Assembly: GCA_964016885.1 (NCBI GenBank)
Contig: OZ024741.1
Span: 109,058,001 to 109,122,000 of the forward strand
DNA: 64,000 bases
Direction of reading: 5' to 3'
Origin: Eledone cirrhosa
Taxonomy: Eukaryota
Part shown: piece after piece, positions 15,415 through 30,174 of the stretch
How positions within the stretch are numbered: the first letter of the stretch is position 1
Layout: every line of letters starts with the position of its first letter
Notes under the pieces: generated by a model
What the model was told of the DNA's origin: nothing
What the model saw: only the letters and a program-made list of their open reading frames with translations
Databases searched by the model: none
Translations under genes and position numbers: made by a program

Positions 15415-17616
15415 ATTATTAGCTGCAAAAGGGTTGATTTATGGAGTCGCTAAAGTATTTTGAAATATTTTGGTATGACTACATTCTAAACTGAAATACT
15501 ACTTATGGAAACTTTTCGTTTCCTCATTCTGGGATCAATAAATGTTTGTATTTTTAATTTACTCTGTAATTGAGGATTGGTCGGAAGAGCCCAACACAAT
15601 TTTTAGGAATCCTGAGACTGTTGGAGGTAGGACGAAGTGCATCCTTAAATCGGAGACCAGGTATTAATTATTGTACCTAAGTGGTCGCTGCTAAAACCGC
15701 GCAAAATGCCAGTTGGAAGTGTTAAACTGGGCGACGGTTTAAATCTACCACCAAAATATATTACACGCAGATTTGAACCACGAATGCAAAGAGATGGAAT
15801 ATATACGGTAATGCATCTTTTTTTAATCTCAAATCAAACAGTTTATCAAGCCAGTGTCCTTGAGTGGTACCTTATCTAATTGAAATGGAAATGACATAAA
15901 GACAACGTTGAGAAATACCGCAAGACATTTTGCACTTCACTATAATAATAAAAAGTTCGCTGCCTTCATTGATTAACCCTTCACTCTAATAACTACTTTT
16001 CCAGCTACATGGCTCAATCGAATATTGGTTACAGCTCTACACAACAGCATCTTATATTGACATATATCTACGACTAGAAATGCTTGTTTATTAAAGAATT
16101 GGTCGTTGTCTTCTTGAAATCTCAAGTGAAACGAACGAGTTCCTTACTACAACCCTTTACATTCCAATTACAAATTCCAACGGGGTTGATTTGGCATTTC
16201 AGGCTTTTGAGCCCATTAAAATAAGTAGCACCTTTACTTGTTTGAATTGTATAGTCAAACTATTCAATTACCAAAATTCTACTGTCTTATACCTATGTAA
16301 GTATTTGTATCTATGAATGTGTGTGGGCGGGGTCCTAGATACATGTTCGATATGTTGATTTATCAGACTAGGATAGAAGTATTAGCGAGGAGGAGAAGAT
16401 GTCTTGTGGTGCTTACTCTGGCACTCTTCGTTCTGAATTCTAATCGACTGTGACCTCCATGTTTTGTAGAAGGAATCCCTCATTCGATTTAAAACCTGTA
16501 CATTGTCATTCAGAGTTTTAAAGAAGACTATTTTTACAAGGATTCGGTGGAGGTATCTCATTTAGGCATGCTTCCCTGCCACTCACACCATTCTCGGAGG
16601 CCCTAAGAAAGAGCCAAACTAAACAGTACTAATATAATAAACCTCAGCAAACTATGATAAATAGGGGAATGTTATTTATGTTATTGTTTAGCCACGGACT
16701 GGCCCTGAAAAACTGTCTTATGCTTAAAGAATTTCCAGCCATAACCATCCCCACCCTTTGTATGTCAAGGATATGCAATATTCACTTCCATTTTTATACG
16801 AAACAAAGTAACTGATAGATAAATCGGGCAAAAGAAATTGCGGTTCCATTTCTCTTCTTATTGCTAATACTATACACCAGTATCAACACCTGGCAAAAAG
16901 AGGCGGGATTTGAATTCAAAGTTAATATTGCAAATAATCTCATTCAATACTTTAACAATTCCTCAAATCCACTGGCCTCATAGAGTAGTTAAATTCATGG
17001 ATCCCGAAAGGTTCAAATCAACGTTGATCTTGGTGTGATTTGAACGAAATGCACCGTGAGCCGTAACAAATAACGAGACAATAATTCGGCTAATTCTCCA
17101 TTTAAGAACAAATGAGGATGTTTTGAAAATGTAAATGACAAAAAGAAAAAAAGTTTTTATGTTCTTGCATATTTTATATGAATGCTATATATTATATGTT
17201 ACCTCCAGACTAGTAACGATTGTGATGATATATTCTATTAACATTTAAACTGTGTGAGTCTAGCACCAGTCAAGTGTGAATACTTTATATATTACATACA
17301 GTAACAGGATACGACACTAATTTAAATGAGGCCACTTTTATATTTCATATGTGAAAGTACTTCACAGCTGGTTGTGGTAATATATAAAGGATATAATTCA
17401 AATGTCTCTAAGTATGTATGTCTGTATGCATCCATGTATGTATGTATACATATATCTTCTCCTTTCTCTCTCTCTATCTATCTATCTTTCTATGTAACTA
17501 TCTTCGGAGAACTTCAATGATAAAGCACAAATAACCTATATTTATAACGTATATATATGTGTATATATATATATATATAGAGAGAGAGAGGGAGTGTAAA
17601 CGGATAGCTTGTTATA

Positions 17617-17665
<49 letters not shown>

Positions 17666-17804
17666 GAATTGGTGCTCTGAAATAGCGATATGAATGTATA
17701 TATCGTGTATTTATCGTGTATTAAAATCATTTTGAAGACCTTACGCTATTGTTTTAAAGTAGTGACTATGTCACTTATTTCTTTTTTCAGCAAACAAAGG
17801 TAGA

Positions 17805-17852
17805 TAAGCTGACAGATCTCTGTTTCGTACTGTTGGTACTCCTCAGAGCTTA
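17805..17852 (-). ncRNA. Type I hammerhead ribozyme (family C)
   Basis: taagct-CTGAGGA-gtac caaca gtac-GAAA-cag agat ctg-TC-agctta; canonical GUC triplet. Confidence 0.9.
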
Positions 17853-18122
17853 TCACTTCCTCTGCCTGCTGAAAATTATGAATGTTGGATTATTATAGAA
17901 TTCCAGTAATAATCAGGAAGTGATTATACAGAGCGGTTGCCGGTCCAGCAAAAATTGAAAATTAGAATTGGTGCTCTGAAATAGCGATATATATATGAAT
18001 GTATATATAGTGTATTTTGCAATACACTGTATGCTTAATTAAAATCATTTTGAAGACCTTACGCTATTGTTTTAAAGTAGTGACTATGTCACTTACTTCT
18101 TTTTTCAGCAAACAAAGGGAGA

Positions 18123-18170
18123 TAAGCTGACAGATCTCTGTTTCGTACTGTTGGTACTCCTCAGAGCTTA
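18123..18170 (-). ncRNA. Type I hammerhead ribozyme (family C, second tandem copy)
   Basis: Same sequence as 17805-17852. Confidence 0.9.
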
Positions 18171-18176
18171 GCACTC

Positions 18177-18370
18177 CGGACCCGCGCAGTTGCCGAGTGG
18201 TACCCGCGCGAGCGGAAACGACCACTCGAAAGGCCTCCACGAAGGTGGAGTTACGATTTTAGGAATATGATGGGGACTACATGGATGAGGAAGCACGATC
18301 CAGAGAGGAATGGACGGCGTGCTGTGACCATGGACGCCCGACAGACTGATCGGTCAAGGTGATCAAGGTG

Positions 18371-18372
<2 letters not shown>
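18177..18372 (+). mobile_element. 5'-truncated RTE-clade LINE 3' end
   Basis: Translates as 'EWYPRERKRPLERPPRRWSYDF...TWMRK'; ends in tandem 'tcaaggtga' tail repeats. Confidence 0.7.
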
Positions 18373-18403
<31 letters not shown>

Positions 18404-18419
18404 AAGAGAGAGGGATGGC

Positions 18420-18484
<65 letters not shown>

Positions 18485-19999
18485 TGATAATACGTATGTC
18501 TGTATAAACAGATCCGATTACAAACGAATCAAAAGAGCAATCATCACAATGTAGAAGGTGAAAATATTTGTATTAAAAATTTAACTTGTTCTTGCATTAC
18601 GAATGGTTATGTCTTTAAATCTCTGGTAATGAACAAGTAAATCAAATTTTTAAAACAATATGTATACCTGTATATATCCGGTAAGAGGTACGAGGTTTAT
18701 AGTAAAACAATTATTTAATTCTTTGATTAGACTAATCAAAGTAACGATGCTTGAATTCTCGAGTTTACCTGGAACTTCTTCCTCTTATTTGATTTTACAT
18801 TCATTTAAATCAATTACAATAATTTTCTTCCATCATCTTTGCAATATTATTCTTTAACAATCGCCATACCTATATCCATTAAATTATGATGAAATTTGTT
18901 CTCTCTGTCTATCTATATTCTGATTGCTATTGGTATTTGTGCTTTATTATTGTTATTCTTGCCGAAAATAATTACATAGAAACATAGAGAGATGAGAGTC
19001 GCCATTTAGTCTATTACAACGTTGCAAGTAGAAGTCTGTTATGGACTGTGATCTCTCAGACACAGATGTTTGAATTCTTCTCTCGTACATCCCTTGTGGG
19101 AATGTGGGTTCCAGAATTTCTGCAGCAAGAATGAATGAAATATTTCACTTCGTGCATAAACGAAGAAATGGTGGCTCCTATCTTGAATCGGTAAAATGAC
19201 TAGACATAATTTAACTCTATTTTAGAAAGTAATGTTCAAAAATGTTTTTATTGATCCCATATATAGTCCTTATCTCTCTTACTTTAAGCATCCGACACAC
19301 AGAAATAATAGTTTCTCTTCCTAATTCCAATATTAAACAATTGAGAGATATTACATTTTTTTTGACGATTCAACATCATTGCAAAATAATAGCAATCTAC
19401 AATTATCAGCACAGTTAACTAAAGAAGAAACAGAAGCCAAATTTGTAAAGAAACTACATTACAGACCGGTGTCTAGAGAAGTAGGGGGTAGTGGAAGATA
19501 CTAAAACAGCTGAATGACGACAGGTAGAAGATAGTCACCCGAAAAACAAAAAGCTGAAACCACAAAGAAGACTCAACAAATCTACAACTAGATTTGGAAG
19601 ACAACTGAAACGACACTTATACTAGAAAAGTTTACTTACTATAATTTTCCTAACAATGTTTCAATTTTGATAAATTTGAGAAAACAGTTATATAAATTGC
19701 TTATATACATTTACGTTAGATTTGCACTTAACATATTATTTTTTGGCCTCCATATGTATTGAATAAAAGCACCATATCATACGGCTGCATTTGATCTGAT
19801 GGTTTTCGCAAAATTACAAGTATACATGTATATGTATGCATACACGCACGCACACGCTCTAGCACACACACACACATATACACACACATACACATGCACA
19901 CACACATATATATATACATACATATATACATATATATATACATATATACATATATATGTAATATATATATACATACATATATGTATATGTATATATTTA

Positions 20000-20036
<37 letters not shown>

Positions 20037-20444
20037 GCATTATGGAGAAAAAATAAAATATTCATTTCTAGTTATATTAAATATTTCTAATTTCTTTGAT
20101 ATATTTAATTGAAATAAAATAATTAATAGCTCTAATGAAATTTTAATTAAATAATAATCACCAAGGCAATATTTTCCATGTGAAAGTTGAAGTATTCGTT
20201 TTAGTTTATTTTTATTTTTAATTATTTAATCGTAACGAATTATGAATATTATCGCAAGTATAATGTTATAGAAAAAAAGAGTGGTACTCGACGGAAACCT
20301 TTTTATGAAATTTAGTTGTCCTTTCATCCTTCTGTTCTAGATAATATAAGTACCAGTGAAAAGCTGGAAACGATTAACTCCGTTGTTGATTTTCATATCG
20401 GCTTTTGCGTGTATTAGTCATTCGTATTGTTAAAGAAATATATG

Positions 20445-20640
20445 GCCAATGCATTGGCAGAATCATTAGATCGTTGAGCAAAATGCTTTGCATCATCGGG
20501 TTATGGCCTTTTATATTATCAGTTTAAATCATGACGAGATTCACTTCGCCTTTCACCCTTACGGGGTCGATAAAATAAAGCACTCGTAAAGGACCTACCC
20601 CAAATTGCTTGCCTTTTGCCAATGTTAGAAATCATCATTA
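20445..20640 (+). mobile_element. tRNA-derived SINE
   Basis: Core 'cttcgcctttcacccttacggggtcgataaaataaag' and tail 'gccttttgccaatgttagaa'. Confidence 0.75.
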
Positions 20641-20907
20641 GAGCAATAGATGGCAAAATCTGTGGAGCGCCACACTAAAACATCGTCACTGGCTATTTGT
20701 GCTTGTAACCCATCTGGGATTTATAAAATAGTCCTTCTTAAACTGGCAGTAGAAATGGCTGAAAATCAAGAGCTTCCTCAGAAATGTTGCTGCTGTTTGC
20801 TGTCAGCTGCCATTACTTTTGTTGATCCACCCAGCAATGCAGAAGAGAGGAAGATAACCAAATATCAGGGCTTCTTTTTTCTTCCCATTTTCTCTATATT
20901 TTCCTTT

Positions 20908-21097
20908 CATTTGGATTGGCAGTATCGGTAGAGGGTCGGACGCCATGCTTTTCAGCACAGTTACGTCCCTTTACGGACTGAGTTCAAATCCCGCCGAGGT
21001 TGACTTTGCCTTTCATCCTTACGAGGTCGATAAAATAAAGTACCAGTAATACACTGGGATAATTGCTGGCCTTGTGCCAAAACTAGAAACAATTATT
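20908..21097 (+). mobile_element. tRNA-derived SINE
   Basis: 'tggcagtatcggtagag' head, B-box 'gagttcaaatcc', core 'gactttgcctttcatccttacgaggtcgataaaataaagtacc'. Confidence 0.85.
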
Positions 21098-21601
21098 ACC
21101 CAGTGAAATATAATCGATCAGGCCTATTAAGAAATGTATTCAGCCGTGACCATCCCGCATATGTATGTGTATACAGAATTATATTATTTAATATATTAAT
21201 GATTTTATTTTATGATGAGTGGAGTCAGGGTTGGTGTGAGTTATTACTTTTTTAGGGAGCTAGATAAGAGAGGTTATACATATCGGCTAATTAAAATATT
21301 GAGATTTAGATATCTATAGATAGATAGATATAACAATCAATTTGAACCCATTAGGTTAGAATTTCGTTATATTGATTATATAATTATATTCGATGGTAAC
21401 TTATATAATAGTTACTACCTCATCAGACAGCTACTACGTGAATAGAAAAATACATGAATAAAAATTACATGAGTTAAATAACATGAATAAAAATAAAAAG
21501 AATAAATATTACACATCGAGTTTGCATTCAGTGATATGCCACGGGCGGGGTATTGGTGTTGTTTCTTCAAAGCCTTCTTAGATAGATAGATAGATAGATA
21601 C

Positions 21602-21671
<70 letters not shown>

Positions 21672-21690
21672 CGATGGATGGATGGAGAGA

Positions 21691-21788
<98 letters not shown>

Positions 21789-21850
21789 AGAGAGAGAGAG
21801 AGAATGTGATTCTCTCTACTTGTAAACACTAATCTGTGTAAAAAGAAAAA

Positions 21851-22111
21851 CATAGGCTCTAAGCCAGACAGACACCAGATCACACACATGCACCCACACA
21901 AAAATAGAAATATATGTACGCATGTGTATATGTATACATATATTTCTCTGAAAATATAAACGTATGCATACGTATGTGTGTATATATGTATATATATATT
22001 ATATATATATATACATGAATGTATGTATGTATATAAATATATATATATATATTATCAAATATACTATACATATATTCATATATACATCGTTATTTCAGAG
22101 CACTGGTACTA

Positions 22112-22199
<88 letters not shown>

Positions 22200-22260
22200 A
22201 TGTGTGTGTATATATATATATACACACATACACACACGCGCGCGTGCACACACACACACC

Positions 22261-22331
<71 letters not shown>

Positions 22332-22451
22332 GTATATAAAATCAGAATCTTAACGCGTGTACGTGTGTATATTTACACTTATATATATATATTAGTACCA
22401 GTGCTATGAAATAGCGATGTATATATGAATATATGTATAGTATATTTGATA

Positions 22452-22482
<31 letters not shown>

Positions 22483-22662
22483 CATACATACATTCATGTA
22501 TATATATATATATAATATATATATACATATATACACACATACGTATGCATACGTTTATATTTTCAGAGACATATATATATACATATATACATGCGTACAT
22601 ATATTTCTATTTTTGTTTGGGTGCATGTGTGTGATCTGGTGTGTGTCTGGCTTAGAGCCTAT
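21851..22662. repeat. Large inverted repeat with microsatellite-rich arms, including family C fragments
   Basis: 'taggctctaagccagaca...' at 21853 is mirrored by '...tgtctggcttagagccta' at ~22660. Arms are ~260 bp around a (TG)n/(CA)n spacer. Confidence 0.85.
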
Positions 22663-22869
22663 ATGTATATATATATATACATATATACAGATACGTAGGC
22701 ATGCGTATCTGTACATATGTATATATACATATATATTTATATATATATACATACATATATTCATGTATATATGTATATATATATATATAAATTTATGTAT
22801 GTATGTATATATATATATATATACATACATATATTTATGTATGTATATACATATATACATGAATATATG

Positions 22870-22960
<91 letters not shown>

Positions 22961-23060
22961 GAGGTGAGTTTTATTGTAGTACAATAAAACAATGCAGATA
23001 TCGGATAAGAAGCACTCTACAGTTTGTAGGACTGGAGTATACATAATATATAAGAACAAA

Positions 23061-23133
<73 letters not shown>

Positions 23134-23696
23134 TATATATATATATATATACAGATATATATATATGCATACATGTGCATAGTAATATTGATCTGCACAC
23201 CATAGCACAGAGTTGTGTGAAAGAAGATTAATTATACAGAAGGTCACTGTGATTTTAAGTTGTGCTCACAGACGGTTATAATTTTTAGGAAATATTTGTA
23301 CTTGTCTGAACTGGTGAAGTTATTTAAGCTAGACAGAAGGGATTGGCTCTGAACAGGCTTCTTTCTTTTTAAATGAAACACATATGTGAAAGCTATTTGA
23401 ACATAACAATATATCGTTTCATTTAAAGAGTAGTAAAGAGATAGCGACTAAGAAAACGATTGCGCGTCACAATAAGATAATATATATATGTGTATGCGTA
23501 TGTGTATTTGTGTATTATATCAGATGTGTATTAGGTAGATGTACATTAACACAAGACGCATCTTAATTCATCTAATGGTGGTATTTATATACTGACACCG
23601 CTCTACATTTAACTTAAAACTTATTGACTAATTGGGGCTTCAAGCACTGTCTATATGTGGTAAATAAAAACAGAAAACGAAAAATAATTTGAATCC

Positions 23697-23783
<87 letters not shown>

Positions 23784-23805
23784 ACTCTCTCTCTTTGTCT
23801 ACCTC

Positions 23806-23917
<112 letters not shown>

Positions 23918-24324
23918 TAAATGAAAGATAGCAAAATATATTCAGAAAAATTAATTATACTCATTCCACATTATCCCTACTGCAGTTTCATAGCGTAAGA
24001 CCAATCAAACACCTTCATTACTAAGACATCTAACACCGTGAAAACCCTAAATGTCATTTGGATTCTCGGCAATAAGAGAAAAGAATCTTTCATGGGATCG
24101 CATTATATGTGTTTTTGCAAATGAAGAAACACCCTGTGCTTAGTGGCCAGTATAAGGAAAAGTGGACGGACAGCAAGTTATAAGGAGCACTAGAAATAGC
24201 TCAGCAACAAACCTGTGTGTTTTACACAACCACAAGGTAGTTCAGAAACATTATCAGAGATATAAAGTTTACAACAGTCACAGGGATGGCTCGATCAATA
24301 AATCAGAGCATTATATAATGGGAG

Positions 24325-24405
24325 GTTGACTTTGCCTTTCATCCTTACGGGGTCGATAAAATAAAGTACCAGTAATACACTAGCCTTGTGCCTAAAGTAG
24401 AAACA
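24325..24405 (+). mobile_element. 5'-truncated SINE with 15-bp TSD
   Basis: SINE core and tail flanked by attatataatgggag at 24310 and 24406. Confidence 0.85.
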
Positions 24406-24677
24406 ATTATATAATGGGAGATGTTAGCAAAGTATGTTCAAATAGAAAGCGGTGAAGATAAACCAGGGAGAGGTACCCCCAACACGAGTGAGAGGGCCTT
24501 GGATTGGATTATATATATATATATATATAACCCAATCCAAGGCCTTCCCAATCCTGTTGGTGGAACACCTCTTTGGTAGATACCCGCCTCTTTTTATTAG
24601 GTTTTGGTTTTGGTAGCGTAATCCCCATACTTGGCCATAGCGCGTTGGTGGGGCTAGTTGACCATTAAACAGGGATG

Positions 24678-24716
<39 letters not shown>

Positions 24717-24899
24717 GTGTGTGCGCGGGTTTATGTATGTGCGTGTAAATGTGTGTTGTGAATATATTTAGTGCCTCTTTAATGATCAAGTCTGACCACA
24801 AGATATATAAAAATGTAACACGCCAAGACATTTTTTTCCTATGAGATTAATTAAAGCAGCACGAAGTATTGTCACATATACTGTGTTATTCGAAGCTAA

Positions 24900-25270
24900 T
24901 ATAACACAAATCATAAGAACTGTGAAAGGACAGTGTCTCTTGTTAAAGAGAAAGTGACTGTTATTTTGAAGAGCTCTACCTCCGAGATAAAACTTGTTTG
25001 AATTCCTGTTAAGACGACCTGTTCCGGAAAATTTCGGCTCTGGAGTTAAGGCATAATTATCTTGACAGGGCTTCATTAACTTTAAAGGGGTGGCTTGAGG
25101 GTGGGTGCTATGCATTTTTTTTTTATTCTTGTTGCATTTTTAACAGCACCAAACAACTACGTAACTCATACGCAAAACGCTGTATAATTAAATATAATGC
25201 AGCCGTGATTCTCAGGTTGTGTGCACGATTATTTTTAAGAGTGAAAGAATGTCTTGGTAATTGAGAGGAA
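24900..25270 (-). pseudogene. Decayed ADAM10/Kuzbanian-like (M12B) metalloprotease catalytic exon
   Basis: Reads 'FTLKNNRAH...FAYELR/LFGAVKN' (frameshifted, degenerate HExxHxxGxxH), then 'DNYALTP...NSNKFYL...SHFLFNKRHCPF', resembling ADAM10 'GNYIMY...NNNKFSLCS...ISQVLEKKRNNCF'. Aligned by eye. Confidence 0.5.
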
Positions 25271-25664
25271 ACAGGAATCAACGAATAAGCGAAATATTAT
25301 TCAAATGCGATGTTTCTTTATAGATTTTATCAACAAGTTGTGATGTGCCCTGTGGCGAAGAGTTAATTTACTACACGTTCTAACACATAAATACATAAAC
25401 GCACGCACAGAGAAACATTAAAATAAACAGAAATAGACTCATAAAGAGACTAAATAGACAGAGATACACACATGAAAACATTCAATCCAATAAAAACACT
25501 CGACCATATATATATATGTGTGTGTGTGTTTGTGTGTGATAGAGAGAGTGTGTGAGTGTGTGTATGTGCGTCTATGTATGTATATATATATGCATATATA
25601 TATGCATATATATATGCATATATATATATGCATATATATGCATATATGTATGTATATATATATG

Positions 25665-25736
<72 letters not shown>

Positions 25737-26106
25737 TACATATGAGTGTATGTGTGCGTGTGCATGTGTGTGTGTGAGTGTGTATACGAGGTGATTATTG
25801 ATGTTGTACAGTTATCGTCTGTAAAAATTACCTGCTTTAAGCTAACCCTACGATCATTGAATATAATTGTATTAAGTATAACCATACATTAAACAAAATG
25901 GTTGCTAATTTTCAACGGCAGCCATCTTAATGGTGTTTTAGCAAGACATTTTTCTTATTTGCGAATTATTTCTCTAAATCTCTTAGGAAAACTACATATT
26001 CCTTACCCGAAGTGTCAGAATAGATGTTTCAAACAATTTACCAAACTTTTTATATGTGCGTGTGCGTAATTAAATATGGTGCATATATATATATATATAT
26101 ACATAC

Positions 26107-26140
<34 letters not shown>

Positions 26141-26827
26141 TTGTGTGTATATATATATGTGTGTGTGTATTTATGTATATATGTATTTGTGTGTGTGTTG
26201 ATTCGCCATTTTCTTTCTTGCTTTCAGATCAGTTAAACGATTTTAACAAATAATTCCTTCTAACATTTCACATCAGATACATTTTACATCCAAAAGTTGC
26301 TGTTATTATGTATAAAGAATAAATTAAAATCGTTATTGCTAAAGATTAGTTATTGGAAATATATTATCCTATTTCCTTCCTACAAGTAAGAGGCCAATTT
26401 TACCATGTTTACACAAAGTAGTCCTGATTGACCCGATCAAAGAGGATAGGGCCGTTCCATAACCGTCATATATTCGATGATTGTATAGGTGTTACTACAC
26501 CAATCCAATGTGGGTATCTATCCCATACTTTTCTAAGAAGGAAAGTGTTAATTTCAAGGCAAGTAGGATGCTAGGACCGAAGCTGGATACAAATAACAAA
26601 TTCCTAGCTAGTGTCCAAGAATAGAGTTTGTATGTAGTTTCAGTTGTTATAAAATTCATGAAGCTATTACGTTGGGTGCATGGTTAACAGATAGTAAAAT
26701 ATAATACATAGCTGTCGTAAGAAATGGCATTTCCTTGAACTATCAATGATACCGTGTACCGATGTAATACTGGATGGCGCAATACAGTCGGCATATTCCA
26801 AAGTTTGGTACCTCTGTATATCTTATG

Positions 26828-26902
<75 letters not shown>

Positions 26903-26911
26903 CTATCTATC

Positions 26912-26946
<35 letters not shown>

Positions 26947-26949
<3 letters not shown>

Positions 26950-27218
26950 AGAATATTTTCTAAACAGCGAGCGAGTTTGAAATTATAAATGTAAGCTATT
27001 ACCGTGTTTTGACTAAAGAAATTAAAGAAAATTATTTATCCTGATAGTGGGGTTAAGAACCCTCGGAGTAATGGAAAAAGATGAGTATTGACGTACATGT
27101 ACGTCAATACTCATCTTTTTCCATTTCTCCGAGGGTTCTTAACCCCACTATCAGGATAAATAATTTTCTTTAATTTCTTTAGTCAAAACACGGCGATAGC
27201 TTACATTTATAATTTTAA
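26947..27218. repeat. Fold-back palindrome, family E (tRNA-headed element)
   Basis: ~119-bp arms centred on gacgtacatgtacgtc (27097/8); between TA tracts. Confidence 0.9.
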
Positions 27219-27237
27219 TATATATATATATATACAC

Positions 27238-27323
<86 letters not shown>

Positions 27324-27329
27324 TATCGG

Positions 27330-27620
27330 ATAAAGAACTCCGAGGCCGAAATGCCGACACAGCTCATGTCTACAGCTAAGTGAACTGGAGCAACATGAAA
27401 AAATAATTTTTTCTACTTTTGGCATAAGGCCAGCAATTATCCAGTGTATTACTGGTACTTTATTTTATCGACCCCGTAAGGATGAAAGGCAAAGTTAACC
27501 TCGGCGGGATTATGAAAAAATAATGTGTCTTGCTCAGAGACACAGCACATCACCCGGTCAGAATTGAACTCACAACCTCACGATTGAGAATCCAAAGCTC
27601 TAGCTAAAAGGTCATATACT
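27330..27620 (-). mobile_element. Second SINE family, interrupted by a truncated major-family SINE (27408-27511, 13-bp TSD)
   Basis: 'gtgtcttgctcagagacac...aattgaactcacaacc' (tRNA head on minus). TSD atgaaaaaataat at 27395 and 27512. Confidence 0.75.
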
Positions 27621-27930
27621 TTCTTGATATATACATACATATGTGTATGTAAATAAATAAATAAATATATGTGGGTTTGTGTGTGTCTGTGTGTGTGTGT
27701 ATGTATGTTAACAGAAGGCCAGATTCCGTTATAGTCATTTACAATTACAAAATTACAAAATACGTATTTCTATGATCAGAATACTTGAGATCCTGACGTT
27801 TAACAATTGGTGACGGCATCAGATATAGGGAACATGAAACATTGAAAATATTCAGTTCAGTTGTCCCCACTGAACTTTTGTTATGGAGGCGGTTTTGCTA
27901 GTGATGTGAACACTGCTACGAATGGTCCCC

Positions 27931-27982
<52 letters not shown>

Positions 27983-27987
<5 letters not shown>

Positions 27988-28598
27988 TGTAAGTATAGTA
28001 TATTTGGCAATATACCGTATGCTTAATTAAAAACATTTAGAAGACCATACGCTATCGGTTTTAAAGTAGTGACTATGACACTTACTTCTTTTCGGCGAAA
28101 GAAGGGAGAGAAGCTAACAGTCTGTTTCACGCTGTTCGCGATCATCAGAGCCACGCACTCCCTGCTTTCGCCAAAAATTATAGAAGATGGATTCTTATAG
28201 AATTCCAGTAATAATCAGGAGCTGATTATACAGAGCGATTGCAGGAACAGCAAAAGTTAGGTACGTAATTGTTGCCAGGTACCTAATTTTTGCTGGACCG
28301 GCAATCGCTCTGTATAATCAGCTCCTGATTATTACTGGAATTCTATAAGAATCCATCTTCTATAATTTTTGGCGAAAGCAGGGAGTGCGTGGCTCTGATG
28401 ATCGCGAACAGCGTGAAACAGACTGTTAGCTTCTCTCCCTTCTTTCGCCGAAAAGAAGTAAGTGACATAGTCACTACTTTAAAACCGATAGCGTATGGTC
28501 TTCTAAATGTTTTTAATTAAACATACGGTATATTGCCAAATATACTATACATACATTCATGTATACATCGCTATTTCAGAGCACCAATCCTAATACTT
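27983..28598. mobile_element. Family C element as fold-back (~280-bp arms, centre ~28271) with mirror-image HHRs
   Basis: 27983 pairs with 28560. Plus-strand HHR at 28392-28430: gct-CTGATGA-tcgc gaaca gcgt-GAAA-cagactg-TT-agc; mirror copy at 28113-28151. Confidence 0.9.
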
Positions 28599-28699
28599 AT
28601 ATATATATGTGTGTGTGTGTGTGGGGGGGGGGGGTATTTAGATTTTTGCGAGTATCCGACGTGTTACATATGTATACATAAAGTTACATATGTATACAT

Positions 28700-29115
28700 A
28701 CATAGTGTGTAACCTAGACTGCTCCAATGGACATATGAATATATACATATTTAATACGTACGCATGAAAAACTGCTAGTAAATAGGAATTACTCTGTAAA
28801 TTGAAAAAATGATGAACACCTTTAATCGATTTTCGGACCTTATTACTCCTTCATCAGAAAGCGTATGTATAATCCCCCAAACCCCAAGGTAACATGTATT
28901 TCTTGGGCTTATATGCCCATTCGGTTTTAGAATTATTCTGAAAGGAACGTACCAATTTGCATATAATTAACGCTCACATCGGTAATTAGTTGAGATATAT
29001 ATTATAAAATGCTCTAGCAGACGAAGTGTACGATAATGTTATATCTATATACATACAATCTGTGTAACCGAGACTCAACTAATGTGAATATAGATATATA
29101 CACATTTAATTCGTA
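28700..29115 (-). mobile_element. HHR-containing non-coding element (~355-nt unit with diverged terminal direct repeat)
   Basis: 'tgtgtaacc.agact...ttaat.cgta' at 28706 and 29061; contains an HHR. Confidence 0.65.
28818..28862 (-). ncRNA. Type I hammerhead ribozyme
   Basis: gcttt-CTGATGA-agga gtaataagg tcc-GAAA-atcgat-TA-aaggt; palindromic stem III. Confidence 0.7.
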
Positions 29116-29486
29116 GGTATTAGTGCCTCCATTTCAGAATATTACTACGGAGTTACCCAGATATGTTTTTTTTTTCTTGTTCGCATTACTTAGGGCGTGA
29201 CTATATTTTGGTCTATGGTTGAAGGTGGTTCTTATTAACCCAATCTATTTCTCGTCACTTTCTCAATATTCTCTTACTGATTAGTGGTCGTGTTGACACA
29301 TAGGGTATCAGCTCATAATTCTCAGATAATACGTGTTGTTAATTTGTTGCGACATGCCAGCAAGGTGGTTATTCATTTCGGTATTTGCTCATTTGTAAAG
29401 TTATATTTGCTGGATATATGTGCGTTTTAATTTGAATTACCAGATAGTTTTCGAGGGTAAAGTGATGAGACGAAAGGAAAAATTAA

Positions 29487-29563
29487 AGAAGAAGAAGAAG
29501 AAGAAGAAGAAGAAGAAGAAGAAGAAGAAGAAGAAGAAGAAGAAGAAGAAGAAGAAGAAGAAG
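29487..29563. repeat. (GAA)n microsatellite
   Basis: Seen directly in the sequence. Confidence 0.95.
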
Positions 29564-29587
29564 GTGATAATGATGATGATATAATAT

Positions 29588-29752
29588 GGTTTCTACTTTT
29601 GGCACAAGGCCAGCAATTACTCCAATTACTGCTACTTTATTTTATCGACCCCGTAAGGATGAAAGGTAAGGTTAACCTCGGTGGGTTTAAACTCAGAGCG
29701 TAAAGGGCCTTAACTCTATGCCGTAAAGCAGGGTGTCTGACGCTCTATTGAT
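29588..29752 (-). mobile_element. tRNA-derived SINE
   Basis: Reverse complement of the major SINE ('ggcacaaggccagcaatt...ttatcgaccccgtaaggatgaaagg'). Confidence 0.8.
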
Positions 29753-30174
29753 ATAATAATAATAATTATAATAATAACAACAACAGCAACAACAACAACA
29801 ACAATGGAAATAGTAGCGTACGTGAAGTCAGGAATACACAATAAAAATAAAATAATTTCTACTTAGAAGTAAACAAAGTTGGAAATGAAAATAAATATAT
29901 CAGCAACAACAACAATAGCAACTGCGGAAGCCATTGTCAGCGTAAAAATGGAAGGATGAAAACAAGATTAAAATAAAAATACAAGTAAAAATGAAATAAT
30001 GATATATGGAGATAATAAATTCAAAATGGTAATGATCTTGTTAGTATTCCAGGTGACGGTGCTGGAGTTTTTTGTCAGTTACTAAAGTTAGTATCGTATT
30101 CATAGTCAGGATTACTCCTGCAAATTATTGAATATATTACTACTAATAATAATAAATATAATAGTAATAATAAT

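Larger units (their letters stand above)
17659..18176 (-). mobile_element. HHR-containing non-coding element, family C (~300-320-nt unit, head-to-tail ~1.7 monomers)
   Basis: 'ggtgctctgaaatagcgat' at 17671 and 17970; two HHRs 318 nt apart; starts at (TA)n. Confidence 0.85.

Noticed and set aside
20650-20931. 93-aa ORF with 'KCCCC'
   Set aside because: Lies between two SINEs and runs into one; no splice or homology support.
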